64,000 bases of DNA, from positions 2,694 through 66,693 of the forward strand of contig CAJWZD010000002.1 in assembly GCA_913049685.1 (NCBI GenBank), in the 5' to 3' direction. The stretch's first letter is position 1. Each line of letters opens with the position of its first letter. A program made the position numbers and the translations under genes. Positions 47,817 to 61,266 of this stretch are shown here, one piece after another. This stretch comes from an uncultured Fidelibacterota bacterium (GTDB taxonomy: Bacteria; Fidelibacterota; Marinisomatia; Marinisomatales; TCS55). A model generated the notes under the pieces. It searched no databases and was not told the origin of the DNA. It worked only from the letters and a program-made list of their open reading frames with translations.

Positions 47817-49067
47817 GTGATTTTAAGCAGTCAGATAAAAAGTATTTTACGTGAGAGTATCCGCATGACCTTTGATGCTATTCGTGCAAACAAACTAAGA
47901 TCGACGCTTACTCTTTTAGGAATATCGGTTGGTATTTTTTCAGTCATTAGCGTTATGACTGCAATTAAAACACTTGAAAGCTCTATTGAGTCTGGTTTAA
48001 ATGTGTTTGGAACCAATACTTTTTTAATAACCAAAGATCCTGCAATTCAGTTTGGAAGAAATGAAAAGTATCGAAATAGAAAAAATATTAATCTAGATCA
48101 ATATTTTCAATTAAAAGAGCGCGCTAAGCTACCAATACTTGTCAGTGGTGGGGATGAAACACAGAACGTACGAGTTGTAACATACAAAGATAAAAAGACA
48201 AAACAAGCTCCTAGAGTTTCTGGCGGAGATTATGGCACTTTGAGAACCGTCAATACGTATATTGCAGATGGTAGAAACTTGACTGAGGAAGACGTGCACC
48301 TATCACGCAGTGTTTGTATCATTGGAGCTGATGTTGTTGACGTTCTATTTCCATTTGAGGATCCACTAGGAAAGGTAATTCAGCTTAATGGGATCAACTT
48401 TACCGTTGTTGGAGTCACTGAAAGGCAAGGCCAATCTTTTGGTCAAAGCCAAGATAATTATGTCTTTATGCCGGTGACCACCTTTTTACAACGCTTTAGA
48501 GGTAAGTCATATTCTTTGGGCATTACCGTTGAATCCGAATCCTCTGAATTGTACAGTGAAACATTGGATGAAGTGATTGGTGCGCTAAGAGCAATACGAA
48601 AGGTACCACCTGGAGAAGAGAACGATTTTGAGATCACTACCAATGACGAATTAATGGAGACCTTTGGATCGTTTACTGGATCCATTAAGATTTTTGCATT
48701 TTCTATAAGCGTTATAGCATTAATTGTCGCTGGAATAGGAATTATGAATATAATGCTCGTATCCGTGACTGAAAGAATTAAAGAGATTGGTATACGAAAA
48801 GCTATAGGGGCAACTAGAAGACATATATTGTTTCAATTTCTAACCGAATCTGTCTTTTTATGTCAAATAGGCGGAATAATTGGAGTGATTTTTGGTATAG
48901 CAGCTGGAAATGTTATTTCATTAGTAGCAAAAGTTCCTGCAGTAATACCAATTGATTGGGCTATTTATGGAGTTATTAGTTGCTCTATTATTGGTATAGG
49001 TTTTGGAAGTTATCCTGCATGGAGAGCTGCAAATTTAGATCCCGTTGAATCTATGCGTTTTGAATAA
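47817..49067 (+). CDS. MacB-type ABC transporter permease (FtsX fold), copy 2
   Basis: It has NKLRSTLTLLGISVG, VSVTERIKEIGIRKAIGA and a C-terminal DPVESMRFE. The GTG start is favoured by alignment to copy 1; an internal ATG 16 codons downstream is possible. Confidence 0.85.
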   Translation: MILSSQIKSILRESIRMTFDAIRANKLRSTLTLLGISVGIFSVISVMTAIKTLESSIESGLNVFGTNTFLITKDPAIQFGRNEKYRNRKNINLDQYFQLKERAKLPILVSGGDETQNVRVVTYKDKKTKQAPRVSGGDYGTLRTVNTYIADGRNLTEEDVHLSRSVCIIGADVVDVLFPFEDPLGKVIQLNGINFTVVGVTERQGQSFGQSQDNYVFMPVTTFLQRFRGKSYSLGITVESESSELYSETLDEVIGALRAIRKVPPGEENDFEITTNDELMETFGSFTGSIKIFAFSISVIALIVAGIGIMNIMLVSVTERIKEIGIRKAIGATRRHILFQFLTESVFLCQIGGIIGVIFGIAAGNVISLVAKVPAVIPIDWAIYGVISCSIIGIGFGSYPAWRAANLDPVESMRFE

Positions 49068-49231
49068 AAACTTATTTCAAACATTCTTGTAGCAACCCAA
49101 CAGTTCTTATAAATTTAAACACCTCTTTAAGTGTCAAATATAATGATTAACGCATTGAACAGCATTGAACCAGTTAAATTATTAGCTTGCTATTCAAATC
49201 GCTACCCCTTAATCAACAAAGCACAAACACA

Positions 49232-51558
<2,327 letters not shown>

Positions 51559-51561
51559 AAT

Positions 51562-52371
51562 ATGAATACTATTTCAATTGGTAATGTAAAATATGAAAAT
51601 GGGTCTTTTCCTTTGATTGCAGGGCCTTGCGTTATTGAGTCCAGAGATCACAGTCTTAAAATGGCTGAACAGATTCAAAAAGTTACAAATGCATTAAGCA
51701 TTCCATTAATTTTTAAGAGTTCTTTTGATAAGGCGAATAGGTCATCTATTGGATCATTTCGTGGTCCAGATAAATTAGACGAAGGTTTATCAATTCTTGC
51801 TGATGTAAAAAGAGAATTGGGAATACCTGTGCTTACAGATGTCCATTTACCTGACCAGTGTAGCTCAGTTGCTGAGGTTTGTGATGTTCTTCAAATTCCT
51901 GCTTTTTTATGTAGACAAACTGATCTCTTATTAGCAGCTGGGACAACAGGAAAGACAGTCAATATTAAAAAAGGTCAATTTTTAGCTCCGGGTAAAATGA
52001 AGCATGCCGCCGAAAAAATTGAATCTACTGGAAATAAAAATATTATTTTAACTGAAAGAGGAACTTCTTTCGGATATAGTCTCGTATCTGATATGACATC
52101 CATACCTGTTATGAGTCAAACCGGCTACCCTGTCATTTTTGATGCAACTCATTCTGCTCAATTGCCAGGTGATAAGAATATAACAGGAGGACAGCGGGAA
52201 ATGATACCAACTCTAGCTAAAGCAGCAGTTGCTGCTGGATGTAATGGCGTATTTATGGAGGTTCACGATAATCCAAAAAATGCAAAATCAGATGCCTCAA
52301 CTCAATGGCCTATTGACAAACTTGAAAATATTCTCCAGACTTTACTGAAAGTTTATGAGGCAGTTAACTAA
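51562..52371 (+). CDS. kdsA: 3-deoxy-8-phosphooctulonate synthase (Kdo8P synthase)
   Basis: It has AGPCVIES, FKSSFDKANRSS, IPAFLCRQTDL and FDATHS. Confidence 0.92.
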   Translation: MNTISIGNVKYENGSFPLIAGPCVIESRDHSLKMAEQIQKVTNALSIPLIFKSSFDKANRSSIGSFRGPDKLDEGLSILADVKRELGIPVLTDVHLPDQCSSVAEVCDVLQIPAFLCRQTDLLLAAGTTGKTVNIKKGQFLAPGKMKHAAEKIESTGNKNIILTERGTSFGYSLVSDMTSIPVMSQTGYPVIFDATHSAQLPGDKNITGGQREMIPTLAKAAVAAGCNGVFMEVHDNPKNAKSDASTQWPIDKLENILQTLLKVYEAVN

Positions 52372-52904
52372 TGAGTTATAATATTAATTCAATAAAAATG
52401 ATCATTTCTGATATTGACGGAGTATGGACAGATGGGTGTGTTTATATAGGAAATGAAAATTATGAGATGAAAAAATTTAACGTAAATGATGGTACTGGGG
52501 TTGCCCTCTTAAGAGTTTCTGGAATAAAACTTGCTCTCATATCAGGCCGAAAGTCTGTTGCTACTGAACTTCGTGCAGCAGAACTTAAAATTGAAGATTT
52601 ATACAATGGAACTCTCAATAAAATAATTCCCTATGAAGAATTGAAATTAAAGTACAATCTTAAGGATTCTGAAATTGCATATGTTGGAGATGATCTGATT
52701 GATATACCTGTAATGGAGAAGGTGGCGGTACCAATTGCAACTCAAAACGCTGTTGATCTATGTAAAAAAGCCTCAGTTCACGTTACAGATAAACAAGGGG
52801 GCGAAGGAGCTTTTCGTGAAGCAGTAGAATGGATTTTAAATGAGCAGGGAAGGTTAGAGCAAGTAATTTTGAAACTAAAAAATAAAGTTTTTGAGCAAAA
52901 GTGA
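52371..52904 (+). CDS. kdsC: Kdo 8-phosphate phosphatase (HAD family)
   Basis: It has the HAD motif I SDIDGVWTDG, GDDLIDIPVM and a typical size of 177 aa. Confidence 0.88.
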   Translation: MSYNINSIKMIISDIDGVWTDGCVYIGNENYEMKKFNVNDGTGVALLRVSGIKLALISGRKSVATELRAAELKIEDLYNGTLNKIIPYEELKLKYNLKDSEIAYVGDDLIDIPVMEKVAVPIATQNAVDLCKKASVHVTDKQGGEGAFREAVEWILNEQGRLEQVILKLKNKVFEQK

Positions 52905-53431
52905 ACCGTTTAACAATTTTATGTCTTTTTATTTTTGCTTGCAACAATACCGAATTGAATAAGATTGGCGAAACGCGCGATGGATTACCTGATGCTGAAA
53001 GTTGGAATGCAACAATAACACTAACAAACAAGGGTTCAAAGAGAGCTGTTATTAAATCTGGTCACTTGCAAAAATACCAACAACGTCAATATATATTACT
53101 TGATCAAAAAGTGGACGCTGACTTTTTTAATGAAGAAGAGATATATACAAGTAATTTAAAATCTGAAATAGCGGAAATTGATGAGTCTAAAGATTTTTTG
53201 ATAGCTATGGGAAATGTTGTTGTAGTGTCGGATAGCGGTGTGTCCTTATTTACTGATACACTTTCTTGGGATAATGTTGAAGAAAAAGTTTTTACGGATG
53301 ATAGAGTTGTTTTTATTACTGAACAAAATGACACATTATATGGCATAGGATTTAAATCGGATATTGAGCTAAATAATTGGGAAATAATGCAACCCACTGG
53401 TGTTTTTCATGATGGATCAGATGAGCAATAA
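52901..53431 (+). CDS. lptC: LPS export system protein LptC, apparently lipoprotein-anchored
   Basis: It has a GTG start (GTGA overlap) and the lipobox LFIFAC. The beta-jellyroll pattern is ITLTNKGSKRAVIKSG..., NVVVVSDSGVSLFTDTLSWDNVEEKVFTDDRVVF, LYGIGFKSD. It lies directly upstream of lptB. Confidence 0.7.
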   Translation: MNRLTILCLFIFACNNTELNKIGETRDGLPDAESWNATITLTNKGSKRAVIKSGHLQKYQQRQYILLDQKVDADFFNEEEIYTSNLKSEIAEIDESKDFLIAMGNVVVVSDSGVSLFTDTLSWDNVEEKVFTDDRVVFITEQNDTLYGIGFKSDIELNNWEIMQPTGVFHDGSDEQ

Positions 53432-54155
53432 CCACAAAAAATTGAGCGCTGAAAAGCTTTGCAAAAAGTACGGAGATTTTTGGGCTGTAAGAGAAGTTGA
53501 TCTTGAGGTAAATAAGGGAGAAATAGTTGGGCTACTTGGTCCAAATGGTGCTGGTAAAACAACCACCTTTTATATGATAACTGGAATGATCAAACCTACT
53601 GAAGGGTCAATCTATTTAGATGGAATGGATATAACTAGGAAAGCAATGTATCAGCGAAGCAGGTTTGGTATTGGGTATTTACCTCAAGATGAGTCAATTT
53701 TTAGAAAGTTAACTGTTGAAGACAATCTTCGACTTGTTCTTGAGATGAGTAGTTTTACAAAAGAAGAGCAAAAAAATAAAATAGATCGATTATTGAGTGA
53801 TTTATCTATCGAGCATATTAGAAAAAGTAATGGTGGAAACTTGTCTGGGGGAGAAAGAAGAAGGGTTGAAATAGCAAGAACTTTGGCAATGGATCCTGAT
53901 TTTATCCTTCTCGATGAGCCATTTGCTGGAGTTGATCCAATTGCAGTTGAAGATATTCAATCTATAGTTAGTTCGCTAAAGCAAAAAAATATTGGAGTAC
54001 TAATCACTGATCATAATGTTAGAGAAACGCTATCTATCACTGATAGATCATATCTGCTGTTTGACGGTAAAATACTTAAATCAGGTACTTCAGAATTTCT
54101 TGCAAATGATGAAGAAGCAAGAAGATTGTACCTTGGAGAAAGTTTCTCGTTGTAA
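53409..54155 (+). CDS. lptB: LPS export ABC transporter ATP-binding protein LptB
   Basis: It has Walker A GPNGAGKTT, LSGGERRRVEIARTL and LLDEPFAGVDP. The start is ambiguous among in-frame GTG 53400 and ATG 53409, 53412 and 53421. Confidence 0.9.
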   Translation: MMDQMSNNHKKLSAEKLCKKYGDFWAVREVDLEVNKGEIVGLLGPNGAGKTTTFYMITGMIKPTEGSIYLDGMDITRKAMYQRSRFGIGYLPQDESIFRKLTVEDNLRLVLEMSSFTKEEQKNKIDRLLSDLSIEHIRKSNGGNLSGGERRRVEIARTLAMDPDFILLDEPFAGVDPIAVEDIQSIVSSLKQKNIGVLITDHNVRETLSITDRSYLLFDGKILKSGTSEFLANDEEARRLYLGESFSL

Positions 54156-55498
54156 TGCCTGCCATCAAACAAAAACAATCATTAAATCAATCTCTTTCTC
54201 CGCAACAAATTCTTCAAACGTTAATTCTTCAGCTTAATACAAATTCTCTTGAGGACAAGGTATTTGAGGAGCTCGAAAGCAATCCATTGCTTGAACATTC
54301 AGATGGTTCTGGCGAAGAAGAAACTTTTGATTCAAAAGACGACATAGACTATGAAGATGATCCAGACGAATACGAACCTCACAATATTTATAGCAATGAA
54401 TCCAATAAGGATGATATTCCAATCGTTGAGCAATTAGATTTTCTTCAAGATCTCTCAAAGCAGTTAAATGAATTTAATTTATCAAAAGGCGATGAAAGTA
54501 TAGCAGAAGAAATCATATGGAATCTTGATGAGAATGGATATTTCACATTAGATGCAATTCTGATAGCAGATAAATTAAATGTTTCTAGTGAAAAGGTTGA
54601 GGAAATATTATTCTTAGTTCAAAAGCTAAACCCCCCAGGGATAGGAGCGCGCAACTTAAAAGAGTGCTTAATATTACAAATTCCTGAAAAAAAATATGAA
54701 AATCATAGAATGGTTTTATCTGAGCATTTTGAAGATTTTGTAAATCATAAATATGAGAAAATTGTTGATGCACTTGGAATTCATAATGAAGAACTAAATA
54801 AAATTATTAATGATATTAAAAGGCTAAACCCTTATCCAGGAGAAGGAAAATTAAAAGGACATAATGATTCAGTTATTCCTGATTTAATAATTACTCTGGA
54901 AAACAATAAGTGGAAAATTTCTGTTAATGATTCATGGGTATCAAATATTTCATTAAACACAAAATACTTAGAAGCGATAAAAAATAAAAAATCATCAAAA
55001 GAAACTAAGAAATATCTTAGTCAAAAATTTGATTCTGCGACGTGGCTGATTCAAGCAATCGAACAAAGACAGTCTACCCTTACAAGAGTGATGGAAGAAA
55101 TAATAAATAATCAGTCCGAATTTTTTAATGGAGATACTTCATTGATAAGACCGATGAAATTGAAAGATATTGCTAATAAATTGAATATGGATATTTCAAC
55201 AATTAGTCGCTCAACAAGAAATAAATATGTAGATACTCCATATGGTATTTTTGAGTTAAAATCTTTTTTCTCAGGTAAGCTTAATTCTGTAAATGGTGAA
55301 GAAGTAAGTATTAAGCTTGTAAAAAATTTATTGAAACAATTAATTAGGGATGAGGTAAAACAAGAACCATTAACGGATACAGATCTTGCTATCAAACTTA
55401 AAGAAAAAGGATATCCTATAGCACGAAGAACCGTTGCAAAATATAGAGAACAATTAAAATTACCTGTCGCTCGGTTACGGCGTCAGATAACTAATTAG
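54155..55498 (+). CDS. rpoN: RNA polymerase sigma-54 factor
   Basis: It has a Q/L-rich region I (QSLSPQQILQTLILQL), an acidic region II, an HTH and the RpoN box ARRTVAKYRE. Confidence 0.92.
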   Translation: MPAIKQKQSLNQSLSPQQILQTLILQLNTNSLEDKVFEELESNPLLEHSDGSGEEETFDSKDDIDYEDDPDEYEPHNIYSNESNKDDIPIVEQLDFLQDLSKQLNEFNLSKGDESIAEEIIWNLDENGYFTLDAILIADKLNVSSEKVEEILFLVQKLNPPGIGARNLKECLILQIPEKKYENHRMVLSEHFEDFVNHKYEKIVDALGIHNEELNKIINDIKRLNPYPGEGKLKGHNDSVIPDLIITLENNKWKISVNDSWVSNISLNTKYLEAIKNKKSSKETKKYLSQKFDSATWLIQAIEQRQSTLTRVMEEIINNQSEFFNGDTSLIRPMKLKDIANKLNMDISTISRSTRNKYVDTPYGIFELKSFFSGKLNSVNGEEVSIKLVKNLLKQLIRDEVKQEPLTDTDLAIKLKEKGYPIARRTVAKYREQLKLPVARLRRQITN

Positions 55499-55509
55499 AA
55501 AGGTAAATA

Positions 55510-56475
55510 ATGGCTTATAAACGAATAATTATTGGTGATCAAGAAATTAAGATACCTAAGCTATCACTTGGTGTTTTTCCATTGGTTGGCATAGCTTTAG
55601 TATTGTGGATGCTGACAGGTATATATGTTGTAGGACCTGACGAGGTTGGAGTTGTGCAAACATTTGGAAAATATTCTCGAGCAGCTCAATCTGGCTTGAA
55701 TTATCACTTTCCATTTCCCATTGAAAAAGTTAGCACTCCTAAAGTTACCGAGGTCAAGCGCATTGAAATAGGATTTAGGACTGTTGGAAAAAATCAATAT
55801 CAAACAATTGCTAGGGAAAGCTTAATGCTCACAGGTGATGAAAATATTGTTGATGCTGAAATGATTGTACAATACAAGATCAAAGACCCTGTTGCATATA
55901 CCTTCAATTTTATTGAGCCAGAATTAACTGTTAGACAAGCTTCAGAAGCCTCATTAAGGACTGTTGTTGGGCGCCATAATATTGACGAAGCATTAACATC
56001 TGGAAAATTCATGATTCAAGAAGAGTCCAAAGAGCTTATCCAAAATATTTTGGATAAATATGATACTGGAATTTTAGTTGTTGCTGTACAGCTTCAAGAT
56101 GTTAGTCCACCGGAGCAAGTTATTGCAGCTTTTAAAGATGTAGCTTCTGCTAAAGAGGACAAAAATAGAATGGTAAATCAAGCTGAAGGATATCGAAATG
56201 ATATTATTCCAAAAGCTAGAGGTGAAGCACAAGCTGAGATACGGGAAGCTGAGGGTTATAAAGAAGCTAGAATAGCAAGAGCTGAAGGCGATGTGTCTAA
56301 GTTTAATTCTGTCTTAAAAGAATATAGAAAATCGAAAGAAGTAACTGAGACAAGAATGTACTTAGAAACTGCAGAGGAAATTTTATCAAATCGAGAAAAA
56401 ATAATTGTTCCAGATGGTAAAGAAGGTAGCAACTTGATAAACCTTCTTAATCTTAAAGCAAAGGAGGGTAAATAG
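55510..56475 (+). CDS. hflK: FtsH protease modulator HflK (SPFH/band-7)
   Basis: It has an N-terminal TM, an SPFH core (VGPDEVGVVQTFGKY...) and a C-terminal A/E/R-rich coiled coil. It is paired with hflC. Confidence 0.85.
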   Translation: MAYKRIIIGDQEIKIPKLSLGVFPLVGIALVLWMLTGIYVVGPDEVGVVQTFGKYSRAAQSGLNYHFPFPIEKVSTPKVTEVKRIEIGFRTVGKNQYQTIARESLMLTGDENIVDAEMIVQYKIKDPVAYTFNFIEPELTVRQASEASLRTVVGRHNIDEALTSGKFMIQEESKELIQNILDKYDTGILVVAVQLQDVSPPEQVIAAFKDVASAKEDKNRMVNQAEGYRNDIIPKARGEAQAEIREAEGYKEARIARAEGDVSKFNSVLKEYRKSKEVTETRMYLETAEEILSNREKIIVPDGKEGSNLINLLNLKAKEGK

Positions 56476-56478
56476 ATT

Positions 56479-58256
<1,778 letters not shown>

Positions 58257-58264
58257 ATTGAATT

Positions 58265-59239
58265 ATGACAAACGATTTAAAATTGGTATCAAGAAATGTT
58301 TTAATCGGTGAAGCTGAGCAAATGATTTCTGCTGCTGATAGAATTTCTGATAAAGTTGTTGAAGCCTGTAAAATAATTGATGAACATCCAGGTAAAATAG
58401 TTATAAGTGGAATGGGAAAATCTGGGTTAATAGCCCAGAAGATTGTCTCTACTCTTTGCAGCATTGGTAATAAAGCTGTATTTCTGCATCCTGCTGAAGC
58501 TGTGCATGGAGATCTAGGTATTTATGCACCTGGTGACCCTACTATCCTTATCTCAAAAAGTGGTGCGACGGATGAAATTCTTAGGTTAATACCTATTTTA
58601 AAAGACTTTAATTCCCCTTTAATTGGTATTCTTGGTAATATGAATTCTGTTCTATCAAATGAAGTAGATTTAGCTATTGATGCCACTGTTTCAAGTGAAG
58701 TTGACCCTTTAGGCATAGTTCCAACAGCGAGCACTACTCTCACGCTAGCGATAGGTGACGCATTGGCTGCTGTTTTAATGAGTCATAAAAATTTCAAGCG
58801 TGAAGATTTTGCGAAGCTTCATCCTGCTGGCGATTTAGGTATGCGCTTGAAACTCACAGTAAAAGATATTATGCAGCCTATTGAAAAAGTAGCTATAGTT
58901 TCTCTTGAAACAAACCTGCGCAATGTTGTTATAAAAATGACAGAAAATCCGCAAGGAGCAGCATTAGTTTTAGATGAAAAAAATTCACTTTTAGGTATTG
59001 TTACTGAGGGTGATCTGCGAAGATCGTTAGCTCAGAACGTAGATATTGACAATTCAAAAGTTGAAGAAGTTATGTCTCGCGAACCAATCACTATAAATAT
59101 TAATTCATTGATGTCAGAAGTATTAACTCTGATGGAGAATAGAGAGTCACAGATATCTGTTTTACCAGTTATCGCAGATGACATGAGGTGTGTTGGGCTA
59201 ATTCGTATTCACGATATTTATCAAACACGATTGCTGTAG
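58265..59239 (+). CDS. kdsD: arabinose-5-phosphate isomerase (KpsF/GutQ/KdsD family; SIS domain plus two CBS domains)
   Basis: It has the SIS motif ISGMGKSG, SKSGATDE and a C-terminal CBS pair (IMQPIEKVAIV..., VMSREPITIN...). Confidence 0.88.
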   Translation: MTNDLKLVSRNVLIGEAEQMISAADRISDKVVEACKIIDEHPGKIVISGMGKSGLIAQKIVSTLCSIGNKAVFLHPAEAVHGDLGIYAPGDPTILISKSGATDEILRLIPILKDFNSPLIGILGNMNSVLSNEVDLAIDATVSSEVDPLGIVPTASTTLTLAIGDALAAVLMSHKNFKREDFAKLHPAGDLGMRLKLTVKDIMQPIEKVAIVSLETNLRNVVIKMTENPQGAALVLDEKNSLLGIVTEGDLRRSLAQNVDIDNSKVEEVMSREPITININSLMSEVLTLMENRESQISVLPVIADDMRCVGLIRIHDIYQTRLL

Positions 59240-59240
59240 T

Positions 59241-60140
59241 TTATTTATAAGACTCCCATCTCACCTCGTAGGTTCTGTATGAAACCTTATCTTTGCTATC
59301 AAGAGGTATGATAATTTTAAATTCACTCATTGAGCCTGGCTCTAAAGAAGTAGCCGATTTAATGCCTGTATAATATTTTGTGTTTTGACCTGAAACAAAA
59401 ACAGAATCCTTGTATAGAAGCTGAGTAGTTGGCGACCACAGGCTTGCTATAATTCTCACAAAATCAGCTCGCTTTGTACCTATATTTTTTAACGAACCAA
59501 CTATTTCTTCTCTATCAGTATAAATATCTACAAAAGGCTCAGCTAGCAGCTCAACTTTTGCAGATGGAGGAAGATCTTCTACAATATCAATAATTTTATC
59601 TTTTTCAATTGCAAGTTGTCCTATGCTTGTTTGAACAATTATTCCCAAATCATCTTCTTCAATAATTTCACCGTTTACTACGGTCCCATTTTGCAGTTCA
59701 ATGCGATGTCTTAATTGGGGAATTTTGATTAGATCTAGAAGCTCCTCATTAATATTTGGCATTGATCCTTTGCCTTCTTCGTAGACAGAAATAATTTTTT
59801 TTAATGAGTCAACTTGTTGACGTAAAACATCAATACTAGACTTTATTTCAAAAAAAGGCTCTCCACTTTCAAGCCTATCTATAGTTTTGCTTGCAGGGTC
59901 TCTTATTAGTGGGAGTTGTTTAGCTGTATTCAGGGAATCAATTTTTTCATTTTCATTTATAGAATAGACAGCTGAAGCGGGGGGATTGTCTAGCGGTATC
60001 GCTATGGTATCTATCGTTGAAGAGTCGGGCTTTTGAATAGACGTATTTAAAACCTCTTCGTTATTTACTAATGATGTATCGATTTCTTGTGAGTGCGCCA
60101 TCGCTAATAAAATTGTTGAAATTAATAATAGTCTATTCAT
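59241..60140 (-). CDS. secreted protein of unknown function (signal peptide, coiled segment, small beta-domain, C-terminal beta-sandwich-like region)
   Basis: The signal peptide is MNRLLLISTILLAMAHSQ. It also has VDSLKKIISVYEEG, IELQNGTVVNGEIIEEDDLGIIVQTSIGQLAIEKDKIIDI and a C-terminal SEFKIIIPLDSKDKVSYRTYEVRWESYK. It overlaps the upstream gene by 8 nt. Confidence 0.6.
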   Translation of the reverse strand: MNRLLLISTILLAMAHSQEIDTSLVNNEEVLNTSIQKPDSSTIDTIAIPLDNPPASAVYSINENEKIDSLNTAKQLPLIRDPASKTIDRLESGEPFFEIKSSIDVLRQQVDSLKKIISVYEEGKGSMPNINEELLDLIKIPQLRHRIELQNGTVVNGEIIEEDDLGIIVQTSIGQLAIEKDKIIDIVEDLPPSAKVELLAEPFVDIYTDREEIVGSLKNIGTKRADFVRIIASLWSPTTQLLYKDSVFVSGQNTKYYTGIKSATSLEPGSMSEFKIIIPLDSKDKVSYRTYEVRWESYK

Positions 60141-61266
60141 CTAAAGATGACGCATTTTTATGAGCTTCAAATGTTCTTCGATGGATTTCTTGTTCATAAT
60201 CAGGGTAAGCGCCAAGATTCCTAACTGTTTTAATAACAGGAGCATGAAGTTTGTATTGATTATAATCAGATAAAATAGGTAGCAAAGAAGGCACTACTGA
60301 CTCATCACTAATATCAGCAATCTTTTCAATCGCCTTACTTCTGATTTCTAGTGGATAGCTATCATTCTTTGCAATTTCAATAACGGCTTTTCTTATTTCT
60401 GGATCATCAAATTCACCAAGCGCTTCAAGCAGTGTATTTAATATATTATAATATTGATCTTTTCCAGTTCTATAGGTTTGTAAAAGGGCTAAAACTAAGC
60501 TCTCTTCTTTTACCCCCCTCATTGTATTTAGTGCAAAATCTCTCACTTCAAGATTAGTTTCAGGGTCTCCTAACAACTCTGCAAAAGCACCTGCAACTTG
60601 AGATGGGTCTTTTTTACCCAATATTTCTAAAGCCCTGTTACGAATTCCTAGCTTTACAAACGGATCTCGAGATATTTGCGTGAGAATAGGCACAACCTCA
60701 TCAGTACCTAAAGCGCCTAAAGTTTCGGTTAGAAGCTTCTCAGTTCGATTAAAATTACTTCTGCTAACCTCATAAAGATCGAGCAATGCCATCACCTGAT
60801 CTTTAGTTCGAACTTTATTCAAATTTTTGACTAACGAAAGTTCAAGTTCGTTTGTCTTTTCTTCAACTTTATTCATGGCGCTTATCATAGCGTCAGCAGC
60901 TTTAGGGTCATCTCTAAACTCTGCCAATAGCTCAATTGAGCCAATCATAAATGTTACATCAAGTGCAGCGGCTTCGCCAACTGCCTCTGATAAAGCATTC
61001 AAAGCTGTTGGGTGCTGTGTTTCTGCCAGAGCTACACCAGCTGCCATCCTAACATCGTAAGGCTGGTTCGTATCATTATAAATAGCAATCATTTCTTCTA
61101 ATGCCTGTAATTTCCCCTCGCTAAAAGCAGTGCTTAGATTTTCTATTAATTCATAGGATATATCATCATTCGACTTTCGTGAAGGAAGAAGTTTTTTTAT
61201 TGTTGAGCATCCTTCAAAAAATAATAGACTAAAAATTATTATAAATATTAAGTTATTTTTTTTCAT
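60133..61266 (-). CDS. HEAT-repeat lipoprotein of unknown function
   Basis: The signal/lipobox is IIIFSLLFFEGCS. Repeated HEAT/PBS-lyase-like units are VRMAAGVALAETQHPTALNAL, IRNRALEILGKKDPSQVAGAFAELLGDP and IRSKAIEKIADISDESVVPSLLPIL. Confidence 0.65.
   Translation of the reverse strand: MKKNNLIFIIIFSLLFFEGCSTIKKLLPSRKSNDDISYELIENLSTAFSEGKLQALEEMIAIYNDTNQPYDVRMAAGVALAETQHPTALNALSEAVGEAAALDVTFMIGSIELLAEFRDDPKAADAMISAMNKVEEKTNELELSLVKNLNKVRTKDQVMALLDLYEVSRSNFNRTEKLLTETLGALGTDEVVPILTQISRDPFVKLGIRNRALEILGKKDPSQVAGAFAELLGDPETNLEVRDFALNTMRGVKEESLVLALLQTYRTGKDQYYNILNTLLEALGEFDDPEIRKAVIEIAKNDSYPLEIRSKAIEKIADISDESVVPSLLPILSDYNQYKLHAPVIKTVRNLGAYPDYEQEIHRRTFEAHKNASSLDE

Noticed and set aside
49059-49082. 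A/T-rich bulged hairpin (TTTGAATAA...TTATTTCAAA) overlapping the stop of the last FtsX permease
   Set aside because: It has a single G-C pair, a bulge and no T-tract, so it is not a credible intrinsic terminator.
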